In this document: piece by piece, positions 34,985-47,519 of the stretch | Numbering within the stretch: the stretch's first letter is position 1 | Layout: each line of letters opens with the position of its first letter | Source of the DNA: Chiloscyllium plagiosum | Lineage: Eukaryota | NCBI RefSeq assembly: GCF_004010195.1 | Contig: NC_057718.1 | Span: forward strand, 50,050,450-50,114,449 | DNA: 64,000 nt | Direction of reading: 5' to 3' | Translations under genes and position numbers: made by a program | Notes under the pieces: model-generated | The model's database searches: none | What the model saw: the letters and a program-made list of their open reading frames with translations, nothing else | Told to the model about the DNA's origin: nothing

Positions 34985-36539
34985 TTTAGGTAGAAAATCT
35001 CTTGCAGACATGTCTGTTTTACAATCCAGCAATACATAAGGTCAGGATTTTTAAAAAAGTTTCAACTTTTCAAATGGCATTGAATACTTTGGTGCATACC
35101 AGGCTCGGTTTGAGCATTAGTGCAGTTGAAGAACTATCTCCTAGTTACCCCTGTGTTGCAGGTAAATACTCTCTCTCACTCTGAGTGCTGCCAACCAGAA
35201 CCACTTAACATAAAGCAGGACTTGTTCACACCCTGGATATAGGAATTCGATCAGAACTGAATGGCATCAGAAGTAAAAAATCTCAACCAAATACAAAACA
35301 ATCATGAAGCCAACTGTTCACCTACCAACATCAACCATTAATCTTCAATGCAAAGCCTGAAGCGTTCAACTATCTGGCTGTTTTTTGAACTTTTAGTTTT
35401 TTGAACTTACCTCTTAGACCTGACCTGCATGCACATATGTTGCATTACTATTTCTATGCATGTTTATGTAAATAAATGTACACTTTATGTTAATACAAGG
35501 AAGTCTGATTAAATTTGCTCCTTTTAAAACATCGATACATTTGGGTCTAGGAGAAAGCTATCCATAAGGGAGAGCATCCTTTATGAAATAACATTATTGC
35601 AACTGTAAAAGGAAAGGGTGACAAAAGAAAGGAAACCAGTTCATTCCTCTTCACCTGTGAACTAGATATTTTTGGGATATCCCATCTTGAATCGTAAGGA
35701 GTTGTGGAACCTTGTCAGGGATCTGATTGTAACTTACTTGAATAGCAATCAAATTATTATGAAATGCCAGTAATCTAATGAATTAATAGAGCATTAGCCA
35801 TTAGCAAGTCAATATATTAATAGAACTGCAAGTCCAGCAAATTAATAAGTTAATACAGAAGTGGGCTAACCATGACAAATCAATTAATAGAGCAATAGCA
35901 ACGGGCAAATAAAGAATAGTGAGAATATTAGCAAATGTATAAATTACTACAATATAAATTAATGTAGCATACCCAAAATAAATGTATTAATAGATTTGGT
36001 TCTGTTCATAAATTAATAAAATAATAGAACATTTAACACAAGCGTATCAAAAAGTTAATAAATTAATAGAATATTTAGCACAAGCAAATCAAAAAATTAA
36101 TAAAATGGGCACTAGCAAATTAAAAAGAAATATAGCAGTGAACATAATGCATAACAGCAATTTAATAAATTAGTGGAAAACGAGGAACACAACTGTTATG
36201 AATGTATCTCATTTTGGAGGGCAGAAAACTGGAATTGGACAAGCAATGTTTATCAAAGCAGTTGCAAATTGGTAATAATACTTCACAGGGTTCTACACTG
36301 TGGATATGTAATGGCTATTTTCTTACGGTCTTGTACCAGTACTGGCTTGGAGGTAAAACTGTGATGGGAATGAGGAAGAGAATGGAAATGGGGAGAGGTC
36401 TAATACATGGCACACCAAGTCCAGCCAAGAGACCATATAGACTATACAGAAAGAAACAGTCAGTAGGTATGATCTGCATACGAGGGCACTCCTAATAAAT
36501 CCTTCATGATTGCATATCTGAATTGGATGATGCAAAAGG

Positions 36540-36830
36540 AGATGGTGGTGTGATGGTAATATTGTTAGATTAATAAGGGAGAAAGCTAGGTTAATGAGCA
36601 GGACATAGATTTAAATGCCACCACATCAGCTGGTGGAGTTCAAATTCAATTAATAAAATCTGCAGGTGCAAACCAATCAGAGGGATGCAGGCTGTGAAAC
36701 TATTATCGATTGTCATAAAAACCAATCTGGTTCATTAAGGTTCCTAAGGGAAGGAAATCTGTTGTCCTTGTCTGATGTTGCCTACATGTGACACCAAACG
36801 CACAGCAACATATATGATCCTTAGAACTGA
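36540..36830 (+). mobile_element. Degenerate SINE-like element with tRNA-like head
   Basis: 'aattcaattaataaaatctg...aaaaccaatctggttcattaag...agggaaggaaatctg...cctacatgtgac' is also found at 52070-52330. Confidence 0.6.
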
Positions 36831-36954
36831 TTGTCACTAAGAAAAGGTTGGTATAATCTGCTTTGGAGCAGAGAGGTGTGGCCAATACTTGATAGGTGAA
36901 AATGAAACCCAGGGCCAGAAACCCAACAGCAGTTGGGCAGACAATGGCATGGAG

Positions 36955-37400
36955 ATAGTGAGGACTTCAGATGCTGGAAAATCAGATTTGATAAAGTGTG
37001 GAGCTGGAAAAAGTACAGAAGGTCAAGCAGCATCAGAGGAGCAGGATAAACGATGTTTCAAGTCAGAATCTTTCATCAGGACAAAGGAATGGATAATGAT
37101 CAGCCTGAAAGAATCAATAGCTGCTAATGGGAACCATGAGTGGCTGACAATGGCTGACAATGGGTGCATGGTAGCAGCCAATGTGAGGACATGTCTTGGG
37201 GTTGGAGAAAGGGCATGGAAGAAGGTGCTCAGGTTCTAAAATTACTGAACTCGATACTGAGTACTGGTGACTGCAGGGTCCCTAAGATGTTGTTCTTTGA
37301 GCTTGTGCTGAGGTTTGGTGGAGCACTGCAGCAAGCCCGAGACAGAGATGTTGGCCAGGGAAACACGGTGGTGTGTTGAAGTGGCAGACAACCGGAAGCT
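36955..37400 (-). mobile_element. PLE fragment (GIY-YIG C-terminus + terminal repeat)
   Basis: HFNTPP..., LGTLQSPVLSIEFSNFRT*, then a cctgatgaaag...gaaacatc-like motif. Confidence 0.75.
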
Positions 37401-37519
37401 CCAGGGTGCCCACACATCGTGAAAGAGTAAAGAAGAAAAATAATGTGAACACCTTTGATTTCAGATGAACTATGAATTGAATGCAAGTGGCTAGTATTAG
37501 TCAATATCTTGAATAATGA

Positions 37520-37745
37520 TCATGATTTGGAGATGCCGGTGTTGGACTGAGGTGTACAAAGTTAAAAATCACACAACACCAGGTTGTAGTCCAACAGGTG
37601 TAATTGGAAGCACACTAGCTTTCGGAGCGTCACTCCTTCATCAGGTGGTAGTGGAGGGCTCAATCCTAACACACAGAATTTATAGCAAAAATTTACAGTG
37701 TGATGTAACTGAAATTATACATTGAAAAATTAATTGTCTGTTAAG
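37520..37745 (-). mobile_element. Short PLE-derived element with hammerhead core
   Basis: Minus strand: accac-CTGATGA-AGGAGTGACGCTCC-GAAA-GCTAGTG. Confidence 0.85.
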
Positions 37746-38814
37746 CCTGGGTGGTGTGGTGGCTGTAAGAAAAAACGAGGCTGTTGTCCCTTAGAAGGTT
37801 TATGCTCCAGCACTACGTTCAACACTTTTTGAAAACAAAACAGTTCTTGCTGGTCCTACTTTGTAGTTAGTTTGTTCAGGCTTTAGTCTTTATTTTGCAG
37901 TTGATATGTGGAACAATATGGTGAAGCTCCAACTTTGCATTTGTGTAAGTGTTTATCTGGCCTCCCCTTGACCCATAATATTCCCCCCATTTCTTTGTGT
38001 CCCTTTTCCCCTTGCCATCCCACTTCCTGTGACACTATGATCCAATTGCAGTTGAGCTCCGTTAGATTAATGTGCCCTCTTTTCCCCTGGAATCCATGGC
38101 CCTCAGGATTCCTATGCTCTTGCAGGGTCTGACTCCTCCCTTTATTAAGACCATAAGACCCTGACTTTTCTTGGCCTCCATGCAGGGCCATGCAGTTCTC
38201 CAATACACTACCAGGTCCCACCTTGTTATCTGTAATTGTCCCCTGTTACCAGAACCATTTCCTCAGAGATCGAGTACAATGAAGTCAAGCTCCTGTCTCA
38301 AGCCTCAGCCTCAAGGGCTGACCCTTGAAAAGGCCACAAATTGTTTATAACCATCTGTCCACCAACTGATTATGGCTCATTTCCTGGAATAACTTGACAA
38401 GACAGTCCCGACGTTATGCTTCCCCTGGACTCACCTTGTAATAACACCCTGATAGATCAATAATAAAGACCTAGACAGTTTTTACTTAAATCTAGGACTG
38501 ACCATTGTCCCAATTCCTGGTCTGTGAATGTGCAGATTCCTGGATTTACATTGAGCTAACCATCTGACTGACCATAGCCACTTCCAAAACAGAAGTACTC
38601 CAGCCCCTATACTGATGATGGTGACACCCCTGACTGACTGCAGTCTACTGTCACCCAACTAAATACTTCATCCCCTTGACTTCCACACATCACCATTCTC
38701 CATAAATGCATGGAATGTGTTTTCCACATAAGCAGCAGCCAAATGTCGTTTTGGGCTGATACAACATCAACAAACTCTTTCCTGATCATTATCTTAATAA
38801 ATTCAATCTCAAAT

Positions 38815-39126
38815 GAGTGGCATAGTAGCTCAGTGATTAGCACGACTGCCTCACAGCACCAGAATCCTGGGTTTGATTCCACCCTCAGGCAACCACCAGG
38901 GCAGAGTTTGTACATTCTCGCTGTGTCTGCATGGGGTTCCTCCATGTGCTCTGGTTTCCTCCCACAGTTCAAAGACATGCAGGCTAGGTGGATTGGCCAT
39001 GGGAAGTGCAGGGTTACAGAGGTGGAGTAGGGGGTGGGTCTGGTTGGGATGACCTTCAGAGGCTCGGTGTGGAGTTAGTGGGCCAAATAGCCTGGTTCCA
39101 CACTGTGGGGCCCCTAGGATTCTATG
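38815..39126 (+). mobile_element. HE1-like SINE
   Basis: tRNA-like head and CR1-like tail. Confidence 0.85.
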
Positions 39127-39151
39127 AAATGTTGGATGGATTTCTCTTTTT

Positions 39152-39472
39152 ACAATCCCTACAGTGTGGAAACAGGCCATTCAGCCCAACAAGTCTACAC
39201 CTATTCTCAAAACAGCATCCCACTAAGACTCACCTCCCCCCCACCCCCGCCCTGTAACACAACATTTCCCATGGCTAACCCACAAAACCTTGGACACTAT
39301 GGGTGATTTAGCATGGCTAATCCCCCTAACCTGCATATCTTTGGACTGCATGAGGAAACCTACGCAGACACAGGAAGAATGTGAAAACTCCACACAGATG
39401 ATCACCCAAGGCTGGAATTGAACTCAGGTCCCTGGAACTGTGAGGCAGCTGTGCTAACCGCTGAGCCACCGT
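39152..39472 (-). mobile_element. HE1-like SINE
   Basis: Similarity to the 16470-16778 copy. Confidence 0.9.
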
Positions 39473-39653
39473 AACAGCTAATACACAGTTGGTCTTCCAA
39501 CAGTGTGCTCCCTATTACATGAGTTTTTTCTGCTTTAAAAAGGAGTTGTTTAAAATTATAAGGTGATAATGAACAACCTGCATTCCATCTGGTGTAAGAC
39601 ACTTCTCAGAAAGCACACGAGTAGTTCTACCAAGCATTTCATGAGGTGGTGGA

Positions 39654-39775
39654 GGGGCCTTTTGTGATGTAGAGGTAGTGTTCCTACTTCTGGGCCAGCA
39701 CACTCAGGTTCAAGTTCCATGTGCTCCAGAGGACTGTAATAACATGTCTGAACAGATTGATTAGAAATGCCTATG
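39654..39775 (+). mobile_element. Short tRNA-derived SINE of another family
   Basis: A-box-like 'gtagaggtag' and B-box-like 'ggttcaagttcc'. Confidence 0.45.
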
Positions 39776-40835
39776 GTGAGGAAATGTGCCATAGCCACTG
39801 GACTGAATGAGACCAGTCTATGTGGCAGTTGAGCTGCCATTACAGCTTCAGGTAATTAAAAATCTTAAGCAAGAAAGGGACAGTGCTTTGGACATTTATA
39901 GGTGTGTTAACATTTTGTGTGTTGCAATCTTACATAGAATTACTAAGGTATTCCAGGTTGTTTAATCAATTAGCTTGTATTAACATCTATGCGAAAAGCA
40001 GGCCATGACCTGGTGGTGGTGGAATGATTGCAGACATACAGCATAATTTTTTTTTGATTGCGTATGGTTAGTTGAACCACTTAAAAAAAAGCTGCAGCCT
40101 TGGCTGAAAGACTGAATAATTCTGCAGCTTGTCAAGTTGAAATAATGTGTTTGCGGGTGATATATTTCAATAAGTCATAGTACAGTGGCAAGTGTTCTCT
40201 GACTCTGAGGCTTTTCCCCATTTATCTTGATATTGGATAAGCAACGATACATGGAATCATAAGTAACATAGAGTTCTTTGACAGAACTGGTCAAAGCTGC
40301 TGGAGTGTGAAGACAACCGAACCTAACATTTTAACAGCTCCATTAGGGAAGTGAAAATGGGCAATTATATCAAATTGTTACTCAAACATTTATTTTTTAC
40401 AAAAGAAACAGGAAGACACTATCTTAATTCAGTGGTAAAAGTACTCTGAAAAATCTGACCTTCGTCCACTCAGCTGCAGAGGAATCTTTCCCATTTAGAG
40501 TTAAAGGGTTTCGCTGAATAAGATTCAGGGCATCCAAAACAGAGTATGACTTGGAATGACTCTTCTGAAAAGAAATCCTCTTCACCTCAGTGATTATGCA
40601 ACCAGGTCCTGGGGCACACCTTTTGTGGAATCATAAGGCAGGAAAAGTGCTGGGACCATTGGCTCACCATCTCTAGGACCTTCTGGAGTTCAAACTACTG
40701 GCGAAATATTTAAGGTCTGGTGCTTTAAAGTCTGGGCCACCCATTTCAGACACAGGAGCTGGTCCTCACATTGTAGTGCTTGACTATTATCACAGAAGAT
40801 AAGGTGGAGAAGAATGGAATGGAATGTTTACTATC

Positions 40836-41455
40836 AACTTTTCAGAAAGACACTTGGAGCTCCTGATGGATGGGATGGTGGGGTCTTTTTATCCTGGAGG
40901 ATACTTAATAAGGCCACACTACCAGGCCAAGCCAGCCTGGTCCCAAATTGCAGCCTTGGTCAATGTTGTGTCCTGGATAAGTGGGACACCTAGCAGTTAG
41001 GAAAATAGTCAAAGTTCTTCGGCGCAAAGATGTGTCACCATCTATTTTCTGTTACCTCACAGGAACACCACTCACTCTAACATTGCCACTGCACACTCTT
41101 GTCACTAAGGCTCATGGAATATTACTGTTATTATTGTATGCATCATGTCTATCAATGACTCTTATCCACATCATCCTCTTAAATTACAAACTGTTCCTGC
41201 CCTTCCTAATTGCTCAGTGCGGACACTTCATCATGTCTCCTGTTTGTACATTCTCACCATTAACTGCTCTTCCACTCACCTCCACTTTATTCAATTCCTC
41301 CCTTTGTCTCAATGCAGGGATCGTGTGGCTCAGACTAAAGCATGAGTTGAGGTGGAGGGGTGAAGGTTTACTGAGATCAGGTTCCTCACCCACTACTCGG
41401 AGAATGCACTGGATGTGGCTAGAGAAGACCACAAATCCTCATATGGTGGTGAGGT
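40836..41455 (+). pseudogene. Second Harbinger-type Myb/SANT remnant, two exon-like blocks
   Basis: NFSERHLELLMDGMV...RPHYQAKPAWSQIAALVNVVS../VRKIVKVL. After 'ctttgtctcaatgcAG' (41317): DRVAQTKA*...EIRFLTHYSENALDVARED. Confidence 0.55.
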
Positions 41456-42124
41456 GATCTCAGTTCTTAACTGACTCAATAGATTTCCATGTATGCTGTT
41501 ACTCTGTTCTCCCATTACCACCAATGCAAACTCATTCTTAATCTGCACAAATCTTTATCCCTCTTATACAACTAAATTTCTCTGTCTGTTATGCAGGCAC
41601 TAGTGTTAGCCAGTGAACTTTTGCAAAGAAGCCAGCACCAGAGATCTGCAGATCTATCTCCATCTCTGTGGAGGAAGCCACTGAATTCTCAGAGGACTTC
41701 ATTTGTACTATTCAGAGACTTTCACTTCAGTGGGAGGTCTGTCTAGAAATCTGATGAGTAGCTGAGGTAAATCACAAATCTTTTCCAGCAGATGACACAG
41801 TTTGTTGATAATAGCTCAGGACATCCTTAAACAGCACTGGCTCCGTCCTTCAGACAGTTGAAGAAAATGACAATACAGCCTGCAGATACGGAGTGTCAAC
41901 ATTCCCCTCTACCTCCTTGGTGGATCTTCTCTCTTTGAAAGTTGTGTGGCTGCCTCTGGAGATTGCAGTTCTTGCTGACACAGTCATCATTGCTGTCTCC
42001 TTCTAAGTCATCTTCATAGTTGTCAAGGTCACAAAGAATCCAAACTTGGCAATCTTTGTGTGCATATCAATAGTGGGGAATGTCAGAAAAATATGGAGAG
42101 ACTGTTAAGTGAGTTTTGAGAAGA

Positions 42125-42417
42125 TTTGTAGCTCAGTTTGAGGTTCTGGATGTAGGTTTGCTTACTGAGTTGGAAGGTTCACTTTCAGACATTTCATCAC
42201 CATACTGAGAAAAAGAACAGGAAATGACATCACCACAGGAAATGACGTTACCACAGGAAATGACATTACCAACCCAGGGAAACCTGAACACATAAATAGA
42301 AAACGAGCCATGCCACCAGTGCTTCATCCAGAGGCTCATTGATGATGTTACCTGGTATGATGATGGAACGTCTAAAAATAAATTTCCAGCTCAGCGAGCA
42401 AACCAACATCCAGAAAC
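42125..42417 (+). mobile_element. PLE-derived insert with inverted ends and an 18-bp tandem repeat
   Basis: ttctggatgtaggtttgcttactgagttggaa ... ttccagctcagcgagcaaaccaacatccagaa; (acaggaaatgacatcacc)x3; decayed hammerhead-like TGATGA...GAACGTC. Confidence 0.7.
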
Positions 42418-43447
42418 TTTTAAGCCTTCACATCTGTCACAATGAAACCTCATGTTATGCCCTTGCATAGTGTGGCATGAAGAAAGTCAAAACCATACCT
42501 TAATAAGCCATCTACTAGGCATGTTGCCTTATCCAAGTATACATTGTACAAACAATGTCTTTATGTTACTTTATAGGTGTAGGTTTATGGCAGTAAGCCA
42601 CCATGCTAGCTCCTTCCCATTTACACAAGCTAAAAGCTCCATCACATCACACACCAAATCTTTGCACACTTCAGTTCAGAGTACAAATATGCATGGAATG
42701 CTGCAAATTGTTATCTTCCAAAACAAGCTAGAGAATATGTTCGTGAAATGGAAACTTCAGGTCCTGTTCTAAAACACCTTGTAATGATTATTTTTGATTA
42801 GCTGAACATGATAAGGAGGAAATTAGTGCAAACGGTATAATTGTTAAGATTATTTGAGACCATAATTTTTAACATGCATTGTTGGATAAAGAATGATTGG
42901 ATCCAATGATTGTTCATTGGATTGATTCTTCTTTGGAAGAAGAGTCATATTGGATTGGAAACATTAACTCTGTTTCGCTGTCCTCAAATGCTGCCAGACC
43001 TGCTGAGATTCTCTAGACTCAAGTTATCCACTTTCCCAGAATTCCATGCTTTTCCCCTTGAAAGGTTCCCTGACCGTTACTGATCTGAGCCCCAGGACAG
43101 ACCCGGGGCAGAGGTCACGGGCCGTGGCACAGCTACGACTGTTTCTTGGTCCCATCCCTGGTCCCCAGCACAAGCACAACAGTCCAGACTTTGCCCTGAA
43201 CAGAGCGGGCCTCTTACAATCCCAGACTCTGATTATCAGGGCCAGGATACCCTTTCTTGGCCATTGACATACCATGCCCATATCACCTGGCCTGGCTTGG
43301 CAGGACAGTCCTGACTCATCACAGAGAGCTACCAGAGTGATGTCTCCTCAGCATCTTGACTGAACACCTATAGTCTTCAGACTGGTTGTATGACATCTGC
43401 AGAACTGCCTGTGCCTCTGTCTCCACATTGCAAGGACACATTTTCCT

Positions 43448-43558
43448 GGCATGGGCCAGGTGCTAACAGGTGGGACTAGATTGGATTGAAATATCTGGTC
43501 GGCATGGACGGGTTGGACTGAAGGTCTGTTTCCATGCTGTACATCACTATGACTCTAT
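43448..43558 (+). mobile_element. CR1 extreme 3' end
   Basis: gggccaggtgct...ggtctgtttccatgctgtacatcactatgactcta. Confidence 0.9.
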
Positions 43559-45324
43559 AACTGACAGTCCCCAACCCCCTGAAGTGTAGTTGGAAAAGAC
43601 TCTTGGCTGATTGTGACTATGCCTCCTAACTGACTGTAGTTCCCTTTCATTCTGCTCCCCTTAGACTTTCATGCACAACTATTTGGTTAAAGCACATACA
43701 ATATGTTTGCTGTGTTAACTGCTGGCACATGTTGTAGGTGTGATGTTGGCATTGATAAGGACTACTAAGCAACATGTGTGCCCCAATGATTGGTCAATGT
43801 TCCCATTATATCAGGCTACCTATTGCTACCTCTCTGCTAAAAAGCAATGCAGGTCACAAAAGCTGACATCCTGTAATTGAGCACGAAAGACCTTGTGCAC
43901 TAATAAAATCAATTTGAACTGCAGTGAGTCAATTTATGAGTCAGTGAGCATGTGCCAAGAAAGCAATGTCACGTAGACAGAGGTTGGCTGCTTCCAAGAA
44001 AACAAAGTGAGTGAGTGCTCAGAAAGAAGAGCCATAAGATATATCCTGCATATATGCATGAGATGCATTTGTGTCTCTGCAGTCAAAGGAAACTCTAACA
44101 GAACAGTGCAATTTATAGTTATCCCTGAGCTTACAAGGAGAGGGTTGAAGGGCTGAAATGCTGTGTGAGTTGGTCCAAGATGAGGGCTAACGATACGCTA
44201 AGACTGGTCGTTTGCTGATGCCAAAGGTTGAGGAGGATTGTGGCATGCATGGATGTTGTTGTGCGGAGGTATTTGTATAATGGCCAAGTCAAGCACTCAG
44301 TGAGCTGCAACCACAAGGTACATGCTCTTGTTTTATACATTAAGAGTTTGTGCCACTTAGTATTTCAGAGAGGGGAGGAGAATTAGATGTGGCATATAAA
44401 TAAGGCAAGGTGGGGCTTTAATGAGATACAAAGTTCTTCACCACTCAATGGCAAAATTTCATCATTTAAGGCTTGAGGGGAGATATCAAAACAATTTTTC
44501 AAATTTGAAATTCTGATTTTTTAAAATTGTTCAGTTTGTATTTTCACATCTTTCCCACTATTGATCACAACATGGGGGAGGGGAAAATTCTGAGTTGGTG
44601 GAGCAAAACCACTTAAAATGCAGAACCTTGAGGCTGTAATGGAACCAGCTGTGGAGAAAGGTCTGCAAGCCGAAAGATGGAAGAAATGCCATAAAAGCAC
44701 AACTCATCAGGATTGCAAAATGTACCCTTTTATTCTCTGTTAGCAGGCGGCTAATGTAAACAGCAATTACTTCCCGCTGGGTTAGTAAACAACATCATAA
44801 ACTGAATCTACTGCCCAATACACAATGCACTCTGATAATATCTGATTCCTCATTCATGTGACCCACCCTATGACTCTGTGAATTAACTGAATATCTGCAA
44901 TTTGCACTTTTTTTGTGAGATTTATGCTATCCATACCAATCTCTGTAAGCTTATCAAGGAATAAGGAAGGAATACTTGGTTTGGTTGGCATTTATGCACT
45001 GCAATTGTGCAAAACAGGGTCATCTGCTGCACAAGGAATGCCTATGCCTTATGTAAATCGGTTCCAGTTTATTGTTCCAGTGTTTTGTGTGCCTCAGGGT
45101 ATACTTTATTTCACACTTTCAGAATCAAAATCTGTCTCCATCTTCATATTTCTAGTTGCTATAATCAGAATGCAGATTTTATTTTATGGCAATATTTGTC
45201 ACTAAGCAATCAAAAACAAAGCTGTATTATCATTTAACATTAGAATAAAGACTGATAAAGATTTTTGTCTACTATTCTGCGATATTTGTAGCCTCAACAA
45301 ATTAATACCGTATGTGAGCTTGAA

Positions 45325-45450
45325 TGCAGAATTCTGTGTCTTATGATCCTGCACCAGAGCTACCTGATGAAGGTGCAGCGCTCTGAAAGCTAGTACTTCC
45401 AAATCAACCTGTTGGACTATAACCTGGTGCTGTGTGATTTTTAACTCTGT
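45325..45450 (+). mobile_element. Short PLE-derived element
   Basis: cctgatgaaggtgcagcgctctgaaagctag...ggactataacctggtgctgtgtgatttttaac. Confidence 0.8.
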
Positions 45451-45568
45451 TTACATGCCTGCAATATCACATTTTTATATGCATTGACTAAGCTCTGTGC
45501 TTACTGATATCACTGTACATTACAGACATACAATTGACTGACTGAAGACACAACACTGACTCAATTAC

Positions 45569-46259
45569 TGTTATAAAGATGTGGGTGTACTGTACCTTTA
45601 AAAGAGTTAGAAGCTAGCAGAACTACCTGACACAGTACCAGGTGTTCTCAATAAGGCAACAATGCAACACTTGGTCAAACAACTCGATTAGCTGGGTTGC
45701 CTGGAGACAAAAACAGAAGTGAATTAGGTCAATCAGTGTAAATTATACCCTGAAGAATACCAAATTCCAATCCAGTTTGAATTGAGTATATTGACAATCT
45801 TAAAATCCAATGACACAATCTGATGCTTTAGGGGTATAAGACCGGGAAAAATTGAACAGTTGGGAGGAGATCTGCCACACCACCAGCATGTAGAGACTGC
45901 CTGGAAAATAACTGTCTTAAGGGTACCTTTATCGATCTGTGACATGTGAAGCATAATCCTGATGAAGACAAGAAGACACAGGAAGATCCAAATAGAAGAT
46001 TTGACAGCTGGCCGGTTTTGGAAATTTGAATTTTTGGTAAATTTTAATCAGGAGTTTTATCTGATTAGTATTGTAGAAGGGGTAGGTAAAGATATGTTAG
46101 AGAAAGGAGTTGTAAATAGTTGCTAGTTAATTATTCCCTGTTATACTTTAAGAAATAATGTTGATTTTTATTTCAATAGTTCTTGGCCTCTTGAATATTG
46201 ACAGATTACTGCACAGGATAAATCTTTTCTGTGTTGCTAGTGTACCCCTTGGCATAACA
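45569..46259 (+). mobile_element. Solo LTR (691 bp)
   Basis: TGTTAT...ATAACA termini; flanks ATTAC / ATTAT (probable 5-bp TSD with one mismatch); internal TATAA. Confidence 0.75.
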
Positions 46260-46451
46260 ATTATACAAAAACAGTGACTGAACATGAAGTAGATCCCTTT
46301 ATACCTGAATGTCACACATCATGGTGTCATATAATTGCTGGAAATGTACACAATCTATCTGGTCTGGGAGCTTTGAAATAGTACAAGAAGGGTGCAGAGA
46401 GAGGGGCTTTGCAGGTAGATGGAGATCACATCCTAGTTGTTGCAGATGCAT

Positions 46452-47062
46452 CAGTCATAGAATCACAGAGTCATAGAGATGTACAGCACGGAAACAGACT
46501 TCAGTCCAACTCGTCCATGTCGACCAGATATCTCAATCTAATATTGTTCCATTTGCAAGCACTTGGCCCATATCCCTCTTAACCCTTCCTATTCATATAC
46601 CCATCCAGATGCCTTTTAAATTGTACCAGCCTCCACCACTTCCTCTGGCAGCTCATTCCATATAAGTACCACCCTCTGTGTGAAAAGGTTGCCCCTTAGG
46701 TCTCTTTTATATCTTTCCCCTCTCACCCTAAATCTATGCCCTCTAGTTCTGGACTCCCCGACCCCTAGGAAAAGACTTTGTCTATTTATCCTATCCATGT
46801 CCCTCATGATTTTATAAACCTCTATGAGGTCATCCCTCAGCCTTTGACACCCCAGGGAAAACAGCCTGTTCAGCCTCTTTCTATAGCCCAAATCCTCCAA
46901 TCCTGGCAACATCATTGTAAATCTTTTCTGAACCCTTTCAAGTTTCACAACATCTTTCCGATAAGAAGGAGACCAGAATTGCATGCAATATTCCAAAAGT
47001 GGCCTAACCAATGTCCTTTACAGCCGCAACATGACTTCCCAACTCCTATACTCAATGCTCTG
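46452..47062 (-). mobile_element. CR1 3' fragment
   Basis: ORF 46616-47011 VRPLLEYCMQFWSP...WNELPEEVVEAG. Confidence 0.95.
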
Positions 47063-47519
47063 CCATGACACTATTGGTAGGAATGACGACAAGACAGACC
47101 TTGCAGAGACAAAGTCAGATTTTCAGACAGAGGATACCTTACATTATCCTGCATGGAACTACCACTAGGTTTTGAATAAATCTAGCAGCTCAACTCCATG
47201 AGGTTCTGTGGGCCATCAGAAGTAGGAGAATTGTACTCAATTACAATCTGTGATCTCTTACCCTGCCACACATACCATTCTACTATTATCATCAAGATAA
47301 ATTATCAGCCAATCAGCTGAAGCTTGAATCGGCCCTTATTAGGCGATAAGTACAATTGAAGCCTCACTAGTGTGAGTCTTCTCAGCTCTATTTAAGGGAG
47401 GGCCTGTTGAATATGCACTATTAGTAGGTTGCACACAGTCAGGAAGGAGAAATCATATCCAGAGTAACATTTGGGTGTTGTGACTTGCCAGCATTTATTG
47501 CCCATCCCTAGTTTCCTTA

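Noticed and set aside
37750..38700. Possible retroviral gag remnant on the minus strand
   Set aside because: No clear zinc knuckle or capsid motif could be reconstructed by eye.
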